Of a DNA stretch of 64,000 bases, positions 27,541 through 39,046 are shown in pieces. How positions within the stretch are numbered: the stretch's first letter is position 1; each line of letters opens with the position of its first letter. The notes beneath the pieces are model-generated. The model had not been told where the DNA came from. It did not search any database and saw only the letters and a list, made by a program, of their open reading frames with translations. Origin of the DNA: Octopus vulgaris (lineage: Eukaryota). The position numbers and the translations under genes were made by a program. The DNA is taken from the NCBI GenBank assembly GCA_951406725.2, contig OX597823.1, forward strand, positions 67,456,001-67,520,000, written 5' to 3'.

Positions 27541-27699
27541 AAGAAATCAACCCCAGACTTCATTCTTTGAAAGCTTAGTACTTATTCTATTGATTACTTT
27601 TGGAGAACTGCTAAGTTATGGGGGATATAAACACATCAGTTGTCAAGCAATGGTGTGGGGACACACATAAATATAACTAAATATATATATATATACATA

Positions 27700-27864
27700 T
27701 ACGATGGGCTTCTTTCAGTTTCCGTCTATCAAATCCACTCACAAGGTTTTGGTTGGCTCAAGGCTATAGCAGGAGACACTTCCCCAAGGTGCCATGCAGT
27801 GGGACTGAACCTGGAACCATGTGGTTGAGAAACAAGCTTCTTACCACACAGCTATGCTGTGCCT
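27700..27864 (-). mobile_element. Family C SINE head
   Basis: ACGATGGGCTTCTTTCAGTTTCCGTCTATCAAATCCACTCACAAGG..CTTACCACACAGC. Confidence 0.85.
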
Positions 27865-28396
27865 AAAATATATTTATTTTTTTCATGCTAAAGGCTGACA
27901 TGATTTTGAGGTTTTGACACTGACCCCTTCATAAGATAGTTTGATTGTCTACTTAGCTAAAACACTGAAATTATTGCCACCTTTTCCTTGTAAAGAAAAT
28001 ATCTATGTTAGATGCAGTTGAAGCTTGATTCCAAACATTGTGATCTTGACTTCAGTCCCTCTGTGTGTCACCTCAACAAATAGCTTCTACTATCGCCCCA
28101 GGCTGACCAAAGCCGTATGAGTGGATTTAGTAGATGGGAACTAAAAGCCCATTGTGTGTGTGTGTGTGTGCATGTGTAAATGTATGTGCATGTACCTATG
28201 CATGTGTCATAGCATTTCTGTTGTTTGTCCCACCACCACTTGATAACCAGTGTTGGTTGGTTTACATCCCTGAGTAACTTAGTGGTTTGACAAAGAGACT
28301 GATAGAATGAGTACCAGACTTTAAAAAATAAGTACTGGGGGTGGGTGATCTGTTCATCTAAGCCCTTCAAGGCGGTGCCCCAGTATTTTAGTTTAT

Positions 28397-28788
28397 AAAA
28401 TATGTAGAATGGATTCTGGAGGACCCTGGAGAATGTTCAGCTTGATAATGTACCACACCCTATGGTCTATGTACTCATCTTCATCATCAGAGCTGTAAGC
28501 TTCATCTCCATCGCTATCAACTTCTACGCCTTTATGGTACAGTGTACTGTGAAGAGAAAATGTCAAAGGAGAGGTCACTTGTTAACCAGCACTAAGTTCA
28601 ATTGAAGATGGTCCTGTTAAGTGTTGACCTGCTATTATTCTCTGAAGGGATAATTCCTCATCTATCAGGTTGGTAACAGGAACTTTGATCAATTCGCTTT
28701 TCTGACAAGGATATGAAATATGTAGAATGGATTCTGGAGGACCCTGGGGGATGCTCAGCTTGATAATCTACCACAGCCTGTGGCCTAT
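28397..28788. repeat. ~72-bp diverged direct repeat pair (28397-28470 and 28716-28788)
   Basis: AAATATGTAGAATGGATTCTGGAGGACCCTGG..CAGCTTGATAAT.TACCAC occurs twice. Confidence 0.85.
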
Positions 28789-28879
28789 ACTTTTTGCAAA
28801 TAGTCTCTACACACCAAAAGTGAAGCAGCCAAGCTCCTGGTCTGACCTGATCCATTGAACTAAAATTTGAAACCAGATA

Positions 28880-29910
28880 AGGCAGCAAACTGGCAAAATC
28901 ATTAGTACACAAGGCAAAATGCTTTGTTCTGAGTTCAAATGCCACTGAGGTTGACTTTGTCTTTCATTCTTTCAGGGTCAACGAAATAAATACCTATTTC
29001 TTTACTACCCACAAGGGGCTAAACACAGAGAGGACAAACAAGGACAGATAAATGGATTAAGTCGATTGTATCGACCCCCATTGCGTAACTGGTACTTATT
29101 TAATCGACCCCGAAAGGATGAAAGGCAAAGTCGACCTCGGCGGAATTTGAACTCACAACATAGTGGCAGACGAAATACCGCTAAGCATTTCGCCTGGCGT
29201 GCTAACGTTTCTGCCAGCACACCACCTTAAATGAAATAAATACCAGTTAATCACTGAGGTTGACATAATCAACTATCTCTTCCTCCCAAATTTCAAGCCT
29301 GATGCCTACAAGAGAAAGGATCATTATTATTATTATCATAAGGCAGCAAGCTAGCTGGATCATTACTGCACCAAACAAGGGGCTTAGCAGCAGTTCGTCC
29401 ATCTTTACATTCAAAGTTCAAATACTGCTGAGGTCGACACTACTTTTCATCTTTCAGGGTTCAATAAAATATGTACTAGTCAAATACTGGGGTTGAAGTA
29501 ATGGACTTCCTCCACCCCTCAAAAACTGCTGGCCCTGAGCCAAAATTTGAAATTATTATTTCTAGCAGGTAAGGTAGCAAGCTGGCAGAATCGTTAATGT
29601 GCCAGTCAAGTATCAGTCAAGTACTAGGCTTGAAGTAATGGACTTCCCCGCTCCTCTCAAAGACTGCTGGCCCTAGATCATTCCTAATAGGTAAGACAAA
29701 AAATTAGCAGAATCGTTAAAACATCAGACAAAATGCTTAGCAGTATTTTCTCCATTGTTACATTCTGAATTCAAATACTACCGAGGTAGACTTTGCCTTT
29801 CATCCTTTCAAGGATTGAAAAAAATAAGTACCAGTCAAGTAGTGGGGTTGAAGTAATCAGCTTGCCCTTCTCAAAAGCTACCAAGCCTGTGCCAAAATTT
29901 GAAACTATTT
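28880..29910. mobile_element. Family B SINE pile-up; young minus copy 28995-29232 nested in an older plus copy
   Basis: TSD GAAATAAATACC at 28983-28994 and 29233-29244; three more decayed plus copies follow. Confidence 0.85.
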
Positions 29911-30519
29911 CTAGCAGGTTGTATGGTCACATACAAGCTTCCCACGTTGGTTCAGTATAACTCCATATTGTTTTGTTTTATGAGACAGATCAAAGAGATG
30001 TGATTTGTCATAAAAATTTCCATCTCAAAATTTTTCTCCAATACATGATTTTCTAGTATTGTTTTGTAAATTCACGTCCGTCATTTATTTATGTTTATAC
30101 TTTCACAGTTGATCTAGTTTTCTGTATTCCTTTGTTTTATTATCTCTTCTTCTCTCAGACAAATCAGAAAGCGTAATCAGTAGAATTGAAATTGATTTGA
30201 TCAATGGAAGCATTCTTGGAAAATTAAGAATGGTGCAATGTAGCCAACATTTTATAGAAACTAGTTTGCCAAAGTAAAAAGAAAAAAAAAATTATTAGAA
30301 CAAAAGTTATAGCATAATTATGTAATACAGAAATGATTGTGATTTCTTTTGTATTTTTTCTTTGCTTTCCATTTTTCTTAGAATCATATTATTACAATTA
30401 TTTATTTATTTATTTATTTCTAAATAATACAAATATAATTTTTATCTCTTTATTATGTTTCATAAATCTATTAATCAATGCATTCAATTTATTACTTTTA
30501 TGTTACATAGTTTATATAT

Positions 30520-30566
<47 letters not shown>

Positions 30567-30833
30567 GTGTGTGTGGTACTTTTATAGATATTTTATTTTA
30601 TATACTTTATGCAATCAGTCTCTAAACACCAAAAGAATTAGATTTTATTACAGACAATAACTATAACAATCATATTTTGGAAGTACATTCATTTTTTTTA
30701 ATATCATTCATTTTGTTTTGTTTTCCTATTATTATTATTATTGGCAGATATGGCATTGCTCAGTCTCCAATGTCAGCAAAAAAAAATAAACGAGAAAATA
30801 AACAAAACACTTGTCTTCTTGTTTTGATGGTGC

Positions 30834-30922
30834 TTAGAGATAGTTGGGTATAATAATGCTTTTAATGTAGACGGTGAATCTTTTTGGAAGTTCTCTTCTT
30901 TTTCTTTCTAGGACTGAGTTTC
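30834..30922 (-). CDS. Putative terminal coding exon of an unidentified gene (xNSVLERKRRELPKRFTVYIKSIIIPNYL* or KLSPRKKKKRTSKKIHRLH*)
   Basis: Very strong acceptor CTTTCTTTTTCTATTTCTTTTCAG; followed by unique AT-rich UTR-like DNA with several AATAAA. Frame unresolved. Confidence 0.4.
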
Positions 30923-31253
30923 CTGAAAAGAAATAGAAAAAGAAAGATGAATATTGGAAACAGATAAATCTCCGAGGAGAAAAAAAAAAAAAAACATGAG
31001 GTCAAATGACTATCTCATTTGATGGGTAACATACGAGTAAAGTTCTTGTCTCTTGACCCAAAATTGGGTTAAACACTAACTTTTCAAGTAAACTTTCAGT
31101 TAACATAAAAATCAGTTACATCTAAAAGAAGATACTTTAACTTTATTCACTGTTGCTGAATATGGCTTTGATAAAGAAATCATAAAAATGATTTGACTCT
31201 GCACCATAACACCTTCTCATTGGTGAGTCAGCAGTGGTGGCCACATCACTTAC

Positions 31254-31297
31254 TTGCGATCTCCTCCTGGATTCTAGCTAAATTCTTCTCAGTTGCT
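31254..31297 (-). CDS. Putative 44-nt internal exon (ATEKNLARIQEEIA)
   Basis: Acceptor GCTGGTTACAG, consensus donor AA|GTAAGT, a single open frame that joins in frame to 30922 across a 331-nt intron. Confidence 0.35.
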
Positions 31298-34079
31298 CTG
31301 TAACCAGCATAAACCTTCAGTTAACATCCAACATACTCTTTTATCCTTTTCTTGATTTTGGTTGCAGGATTGCAGTTGTGCCAGGAGCACGGCCGTCAAG
31401 AATTTAAACAGTCATATTGTCTGCAGGATTTATCTCAATCAATTGAATATTTATACATCTTTGATGATCCACCAAGTTATAAACACACACAAATTCATGC
31501 ATATCTACATGCATACATCATCATCATCATTATCGTCATCATTTAATGTCCATTTTCCATGCTGGCATGAGTTACAAGGTTTGACTGAATCTGATAAGCT
31601 GGAGAGCTGCACCAGGCTCCAGTCTGTTTTGGTTTAGTTTCTATGACTGGATGCGCTTCCTAATGTCAACCACCCCACAGAATGTACCCCGTTTGGTCAT
31701 GAATGAGCAATGGATTGCACCTACAAAGTTTCCCTCTGAGGCACAAGTTGTTTGTGGAAGACCAGCAACAGATAATGTTGTATGTGAAAAACCAGCAGTT
31801 GCCCTTGCATACCAGTCTCCTCTCTCCACACCACTGATGTTGTCCAAGGGAAAGGTAAAGGCCTATACAGCTTGGTACCAGTGTTGTTACAGCTCATTTC
31901 TACAGCTGAGAAAATTGAAACAATGTGAAATAAAAGCAACTCATTTCTACAGCTAAATAAACTGCAGCATCATGAAATGAAATGTCTTGCTCAAGAACAC
32001 AACACACAGCCCAGTCTTGGAATCAAACTTACAACCTCATGATTGTAAGCCTGATACTCTAGCCACTGAGCATCTTTAAGAAGTTATTATTATTATGACC
32101 TGAAACCTTGACACATGATGAAGAATACTCCAACAGTAGACTGCTAATAACTCATCGTTACTCTTTACCGGTGGCTACAAAGATGCTCCCTTGTTGATTT
32201 AGTATGTTTTAGTTGAGTCACCTGATGAAAATTTGAGACTAAGACAGATAAATAAAGATATAACCCTTTTAGCTTTCGGATTATTCTATCGAATGTAATG
32301 CTTATTTATATACATTGTTTTGGATTAATCATACATTATTTCATAGCTTGAAGATATCGATAATGTGATTGTTTAATTTTAGAAGATATTGTAGGGTAGG
32401 TGTGAGAAGCAAGATCCAGCCAGCTTGAACATAAAACAGGTAGGATGTATATGCCAGACATGATCAGTGTAAATGCTAAAGACAGGAAGATAATGTATCT
32501 AATGGTTTTAAAACAGATGTAGTTTATCATTGGTTTTATTATATGAAACAGATGAACAGTAATTATTCACTGTTGGATAAATTATAAGCCTACTGTAGAT
32601 AGACTTATGATTATTGTAATCCCTAACCACTAAATTTTAGGCCTTGTACCTATATTAGAAATATATAGTTAATTTACAATTTTATGTACGAAGGCCAATG
32701 GGAAGGATGGGAGTGCTCATGACATCAAATGTGCATACAGTAAAGTCTCATACATATAACATAGCAAGCTGAAATACTTTGATCAACCAAGACTATTATT
32801 CCAATTACTACATACAAACTACATTATTACTAATGCCTTGTAGTATTTGTTCTGGCTCTTTACGTCCAGAGTTCAAATCTTGCAGAGGTCAGCATTGCGT
32901 TTCATCTTTTGAAGTCAATAAAATAAAATACCAGTTCCCTTTCCCCACCCCCACCCCCAAATTTCTGTTCTTTTGCTCTGTGTTACAAATTATTAATGAC
33001 CTGACCTGGTACTGATTCTGAACTTAGACACTGATGTAGCGAAGATTAAATTCCTTGAGATGGTGCCCCAGCATGGCAATGGTCCAATGACAGATACATT
33101 TTTATGTACTGCAATCAACTAACAGCTATAGACACATTTCTGGAAACAAGAAAGATTATATCAAGTTGAGTCTGGTTAGCTGGTTCCTTACTAAATCCTT
33201 AAGTATTGTCTCCTGGTTCTCTAAACAGCTGAATCAACAGAAAATGTTTGCTTTGTCTCTAACAATATTGACTTGTTCAAATTTTCCAGCAGAGAATCTT
33301 AAAGCCATTAAACTTAGAGGAAATGCTACAAATCTGAGGATGTTGGAAAATAAATATTTTGGCTACACTTCAGAACAATGAATTCTATTAATCAATGTAA
33401 GATTTGCAGCTTTACTTGAAGAAAACCAAAATGATCTTTTCTTTCTGTATCCTGCACGTGTTGTAGCAACATGTGAAAAAATACATACATCAAGTATACC
33501 ATCATCATCACCATTATCATCGTTGTCGTCGTTTAACATCTGCTTTCCATGCTGGCATGGGTTGGATGGTTTGACTGAGGACTGGTGGGCCAGAAGGCTG
33601 CACTAGGCTCCAATCTGTTCTGGCAAAGTTTCTACAGCTGGATGCCCTGCCTAACGCCAACCACTCAACTATAAATGTGTGTATGTGCATTATATGTATA
33701 TATGTGGCATTTACTATGCTTCTTTACATTCTGAGTTCAAATATTACAGATGTCAACTAAGCTTTCAACCTTCTAGTGGTCAATAAAAAAAAAAGGTACC
33801 AGCTAAGTACTGGCATCAATATAAACAACTATCCCATGTGACAAAAAAATCTCAGGCCTTGTGCCTATCTTAGAAATAAATCTTTTTCTCATCTTCCTCC
33901 TTCTCCTCCTCCCCTTCCTCATCATTATCATCATCATCATCATCATCTGTTATTTACTGCATAACACCAACTGCCACTTTAGATACAAAATAACAAGAGA
34001 AAAGTAAGACGGAGAGAGAGAAAAAAATTAGAATCTTAAGTCAAAGAACATTTAATACAACGAAATGATAAATTCTCAC

Positions 34080-34130
34080 CACCGGAGATCAAACCCAAAT
34101 TAAAATTTGATACATTCAAATCAATATTTT
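34080..34130 (-). CDS. Putative 51-nt symmetric exon (xNIDLNVSNFNLGLISG)
   Basis: Acceptor ATATTTCATTTTCTAG preceded by (GTTT)n; donor GTG|GTGAGA; length a multiple of 3 and open in phase 1. Confidence 0.3.
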
Positions 34131-34327
34131 CTAGAAAATGAAATATTTTGAAACACAAACAAACAAACGAAGTAACAGAGAAATAGGAAATCACTTAAAG
34201 ATTTCGTTAAGAGAAATATAAACAAAAATTTATGAAAAAAAATATATAATAATGATAATATTAATGTTATTAATATTTATAAAAAATATTAATAATGATT
34301 GCTCAGATAAACGAATACAATTTCCAG

Positions 34328-34362
<35 letters not shown>

Positions 34363-34480
34363 TAACAACAACAACAATAATAATAACAATGCCAACAATG
34401 ACGATAATAGTAATAATAATGATGATGATGATGATGATGACAACAACGAGAACAACAACAACAATAATAATAATAATAAT
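34328..34480. repeat. (AAT)/(AAC)/(GAT) compound microsatellite
   Basis: Directly visible. Confidence 0.95.
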
Positions 34481-34841
34481 TGCTTCTGCTTATGAGAGAT
34501 TTTTACCACTGAAACTTACTATTGATTAAGCTCCATGATTTCATGTTCTAGAAATGGAGAAACATTACAGTTTTGTTTTTGTTTTTCTTTCTTTACATTT
34601 ATTGATTATTAATAACATTAGCTTACCTAACACAAAATAATAATAATAATAATAATAATAATAATCTTTTCTATTATAGGCAAAAGGCCTGAACTACTGG
34701 GGTAAGGGGCTAGTCGATTACATCGACCCCAATGCTAGACTGGTATATATATGTATATATATATATATATAATGTATATATGTATATGCATGTATGTATA
34801 CATACACACCACACACAGACACCAAGCACACACTCTCTTAA

Positions 34842-35027
34842 TCCTTTCATTAGCAACCCAGCCAAATCCGGCTCTGACTCTGTAGTATAAATGTCTTGTT
34901 TTCATAAGTTTTCATTAAAATATACCACCAAACCTTAGTCGCAATGTATGTTTCTAAATTCTTTGTTATATTCAAAATAATTGAAAGAAACACTGAGCAC
35001 CACAAAATAAATACAGTAATGAAAGGG
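34842..35027. mobile_element. piggyBac-type MITE
   Basis: TTAA|TCCTTTCATTA ... TAATGAAAGGG|TTAA. Similar TTAA-CCCT ends at 10825, 32260, 39285 and 59171. Confidence 0.75.
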
Positions 35028-35254
35028 TTAAAGAAAGGGAAAAGAGAATATAAGAAATTTACTCTCTTGAACTGAAAAGGGAGAGGAGTGTATTAAAGGA
35101 GAAGATATAGTAATGAGAGAGGAAAGAGATGGGGAAAATCTCACAAGCTCCACTTGAAGAAATAACAAAATCAATATTAGCAGCACTTTAATGTAAAATC
35201 GTGACCATCCATACAGACAGGCATGTCCTTTGTATCCCTCTTTCAGCTGAGAAA

Positions 35255-35483
35255 CCCTTTTCTTTATTGCCCACAAGGAGCTAAACATAGAGGGGACAAA
35301 CAAGGACAGACAAAGGGTTTAAGTCGATTACATTGACCCCAGTATGTAACTGGTACTTAATGTATCGACCCCGAAAGGATGAAAGACAAAGTCGACCTCA
35401 ACAGAATTTGAACTCAGAATGTAATGGCAGACGAAATACGGCTACACATTTCGCCCAACATGCTAACGTTTCTGCCAGCTTGC
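35255..35483 (-). mobile_element. Family B SINE
   Basis: Reverse complement of the family B head and core. Confidence 0.88.
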
Positions 35484-36149
35484 CTACTCTTGCAGGTTCA
35501 TAGGTGCTGGGGTCATGTAAAAGCACCTGTGCCTGTGACATTTAAAAGCACCAGTGTTCATGCAAATGTAAAAGCACCTGTGCTGGTACCACATAAAAGC
35601 ACCTGTGCTAATGCCATGCAAAAACACCTGTGCCCGTGTCATGTAAAACTGCCCACACTGACACCATATAAAAAGCATGCAGTACACTTCGTAAAGCAGT
35701 TGGCATTAGGAAGGGCATCCAGCTGTAGAAACCATGCCAAAACAGACATGTGGAGCACAGTCAGCTCTCCAGCTGGTCAGCTCCTGTCGAACCGTCCAAC
35801 CCAAGCCAGCATCAAGAACAGACATTAAGTGATGATGATGATGACGACGATGGCTTTTCCATGCTTACATGGGCCAACTGAAATTCATCCAGGTAGATTT
35901 TTGTACAGCTGGATGCCCTTCCTGTTGCATACCTTTACTTGTTTCCAAGCACGGTAACATTTAGCTATGACCAGACATGGTGTAGAGTAAGATTGGAAAT
36001 GAAAGGCACTGTAACATGATTAGCCTCACTTACAAAATACAGAAATGGCTTTCTTACAGGTTCATATATGTCTCAAGCAGATTTGAACAGGCAACAAGTC
36101 TGCAATAACATGCACCACAGCTGAGCACTTTTATTCCATATTGAAGTTA

Positions 36150-36539
36150 TCTCTATATATAAAGCTGAAGTTGTCTGTGTATGGCAGGTTTGGTAGCCTT
36201 CAACTAACACTATCTCCTCCAAAACCCTGCGGTGCAAGTTGACCAAAATTGAGAGTATGATAGAAGAAGGCTTGCTCTTCCTTCCATAGAAGAAAAAATT
36301 CAAATTGGACCATGTTAACATCAAAAATTATTTACATCAAAAAGGTACTATTTTTCTATGAAAATCCCCATTTTTTATGATTTTTTGACTGCTGTGTTGC
36401 CATTTTACAGTGTATTTCAACCAGAAAAATGTTCACTTAAAGCGAATAACAAGCTACATAATGCAAAATTTTTACTTTTCAAAAATTCCAATTCTAAAGG
36501 GTTGAAACAAACCCGAGCAATGCCGGGCGATACTGCTAG
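36150..36539 (+). mobile_element. Non-autonomous Helitron
   Basis: A|TCTCTATATATAAAG start; CCCGAGCAATGCCGGG hairpin and CTAG|T end; same family as 59634-60025. Confidence 0.9.
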
Positions 36540-36543
36540 TATA

Positions 36544-36574
<31 letters not shown>

Positions 36575-37980
36575 TTTTCTATTTTTCTCTGTATGAGTTG
36601 GGTGTATTTTTAATGGTTATAAGGAGGTTAAACAAAGTTATCCTGACATCATTTGGGTTTTTTCCTAAGTTTCAAAAAATTCTTATCAACTGGATTATTG
36701 ATGCCATGAAGAAGTAAAAGATATAAGAGAAACTGATGGCCACTTTAGATGACAAGATAGATGAGCACTGACTATCATACCAGAGAACTTTTGAACATAC
36801 TATCAATCAGACAAGATACATGTGTGTGTGTGTGTGCATGTGTGTGTGTGCATGTGTGTGTGTGTGTGAGTGTGTGTGCCTGGCTGTATGTGTGTATATA
36901 CATGTGTGTATGTTTCTAGGTGTGCATATATATATATGCATGTGTACATCTATGTGTGCATGTGAATGGATGTCTGATGTGTACGTCTGTATGTATATAT
37001 GTGTATGTGTGTGGATATATTTAGTTATCTATGTGTATATCTATCTATCTACATATATATATATATATATATATAATCATTATCATCATTTAGTATCCAC
37101 TTTCAAAGCTGGCATGGGTTAGATGGTTTGACTGGAACTGGTAAGCAGGAGAGCTATACCAACTTACCCACCTGACTGGCCCCCATGCTGGTGGCACGTA
37201 AAAAGCACCCACTACACTCTTGGGGTGGTTGGAGTTAGGAAGAGCATCCAGCTGTAGAAACTTTGCCAGATCAGAGTGGAACCTGGTCCAACCTCCTGGT
37301 TTGCCGGTCCTCAGTCAAACCATCCAACCCATGCCAGCATGGAAAGCAGACGTTAAACAATGATGGTGATGATATATCATTATGTCTAAGTATGTGTACA
37401 TGTGCAACTAGATCTACAAACAGAAGCTCAGAAACAGGCAGTGAAATACACAGATGTACATACAGATACAAAGATGGTGAAGCGATGTGGATTCAATAAC
37501 CTGTTTGAAAATGTATCATTTGTAGCTGACCACAGCAATAAACTAGAGTTAAGGTCACGGTTTAGGAGAAAGAAAGACACATAATAAAAAAGACTAAAAC
37601 CAACATATTTTTACCCACTTTACAATGTGGAATGAATAGGAAAATGTGTAGCTACCATGTAAATTTATTGCGACTTTATGCAGTGAAGCTCAGCACCAAG
37701 CTACACATTTGATATATTTCTGCAAAGAGAAGTAGAGTTACATAAAGCCGACTTGCAGGTTAATCCACCTGGAATAATGTTAAAATTTCAAATTGACTGT
37801 TCAGTTGTAATGTTTTATTGCTGTATTGTTTCCATGTAAAGTTTTGTGAACATTTGTGTACCCAATGCTAACTTAGGTATATGTTTGTAAAATGCATTTG
37901 TATGTACATGTGGTTGAGTATGAGACTATATGTGGTGTGACTGTATGTGTGCATATACATGTGTGTAAATATGCATGTGA

Positions 37981-38071
<91 letters not shown>

Positions 38072-38368
38072 ATCACACACACACATTGTCCTTTTAATGT
38101 CTCTACTTTTCCATGGTTTCATGGGCCAGGTGAGAACTTTGTTGAAGCAAAGCAAAATTTTCTACCTGCTGTCAACCCCAACCTGTTTCCAAAGAAGTTA
38201 ATAATTCCCCCCACTCTATCAAGCAATGAAAAGCCTGGACATGCTTTCATAAAGGACTGCAAACAAACAACATTGTCTGTATGAATGGTGATGCTTTTGA
38301 TAACAGTCAGCACACACATACATGTATATATATGTATATGTAAATATATGTATATGGGTGTGTGTATG

Positions 38369-38408
<40 letters not shown>

Positions 38409-38500
38409 GTGTTATTATGAGCATTTATAGGACACATATCCTATATAAACTCAACAAACAAAGATGGAGAAGAGATGTTAAAGGATGAAATTGAACTCTG

Positions 38501-38531
<31 letters not shown>

Positions 38532-38747
38532 CTATAGGCTTCTTCTAGTTCCTAATAAATTTCCCTCATAAGGTATTGGTCAGGTATAGTAGAAAACACA
38601 AGCCAACAGCAGCCATCTATCGAAAGTGAACCCAAATTGTGGTTTTGAAGCAATTTCTTAATCATACAAGTATGCATGTTCAATAATATATAATATATAG
38701 ACACAAACATATTTAGGTCTATACATACCTTTTTCCTTTTTTTGACA

Positions 38748-39046
38748 AATAAATACACGCACTATATATTCATTCTTCACTCGTTTAATTACTGTTCTTA
38801 TTTTAACTCATATCCATTGTCCAGAAATCGTTCATCACACATTTGTGACCTCTTCAGTGACACTTTCCATCCTCATGTCTGCTCCAGCTCTGCTTAGTCC
38901 ATTCTGTTCTTCTATGATGTCATAGAAGAAAGTGTTGCTGAAGAGATCACAGATGGGTGACAAAAAATTTCCGGACAATGGACATGAGTTAAAATAAGAA
39001 CAGTAATAAATGAGTGAAGAACAAATATATAGTGCGTGTGTTTATT
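38748..39046. repeat. Fold-back repeat, ~120-bp arms, each with a decayed hammerhead-like CTGAAGA motif
   Basis: 38748-38867 is the reverse complement of 38927-39046; arms read CTGAAGA-GGTCAC-AAATGT-GTGAT-GAAC and CTGAAGA-GATCAC-AGATGG-GTGAC-AAAA. Confidence 0.85.

Noticed and set aside
32215-32250. CTGATGA as another hammerhead
   Set aside because: No GAAA box in register and no convincing stem I or II.
35510-35680. CRISPR-like array of TAAAAGCACC repeats
   Set aside because: ~22-bp tandem units with related, not unique, spacers inside a family E retroposon; eukaryotic context and no cas genes.
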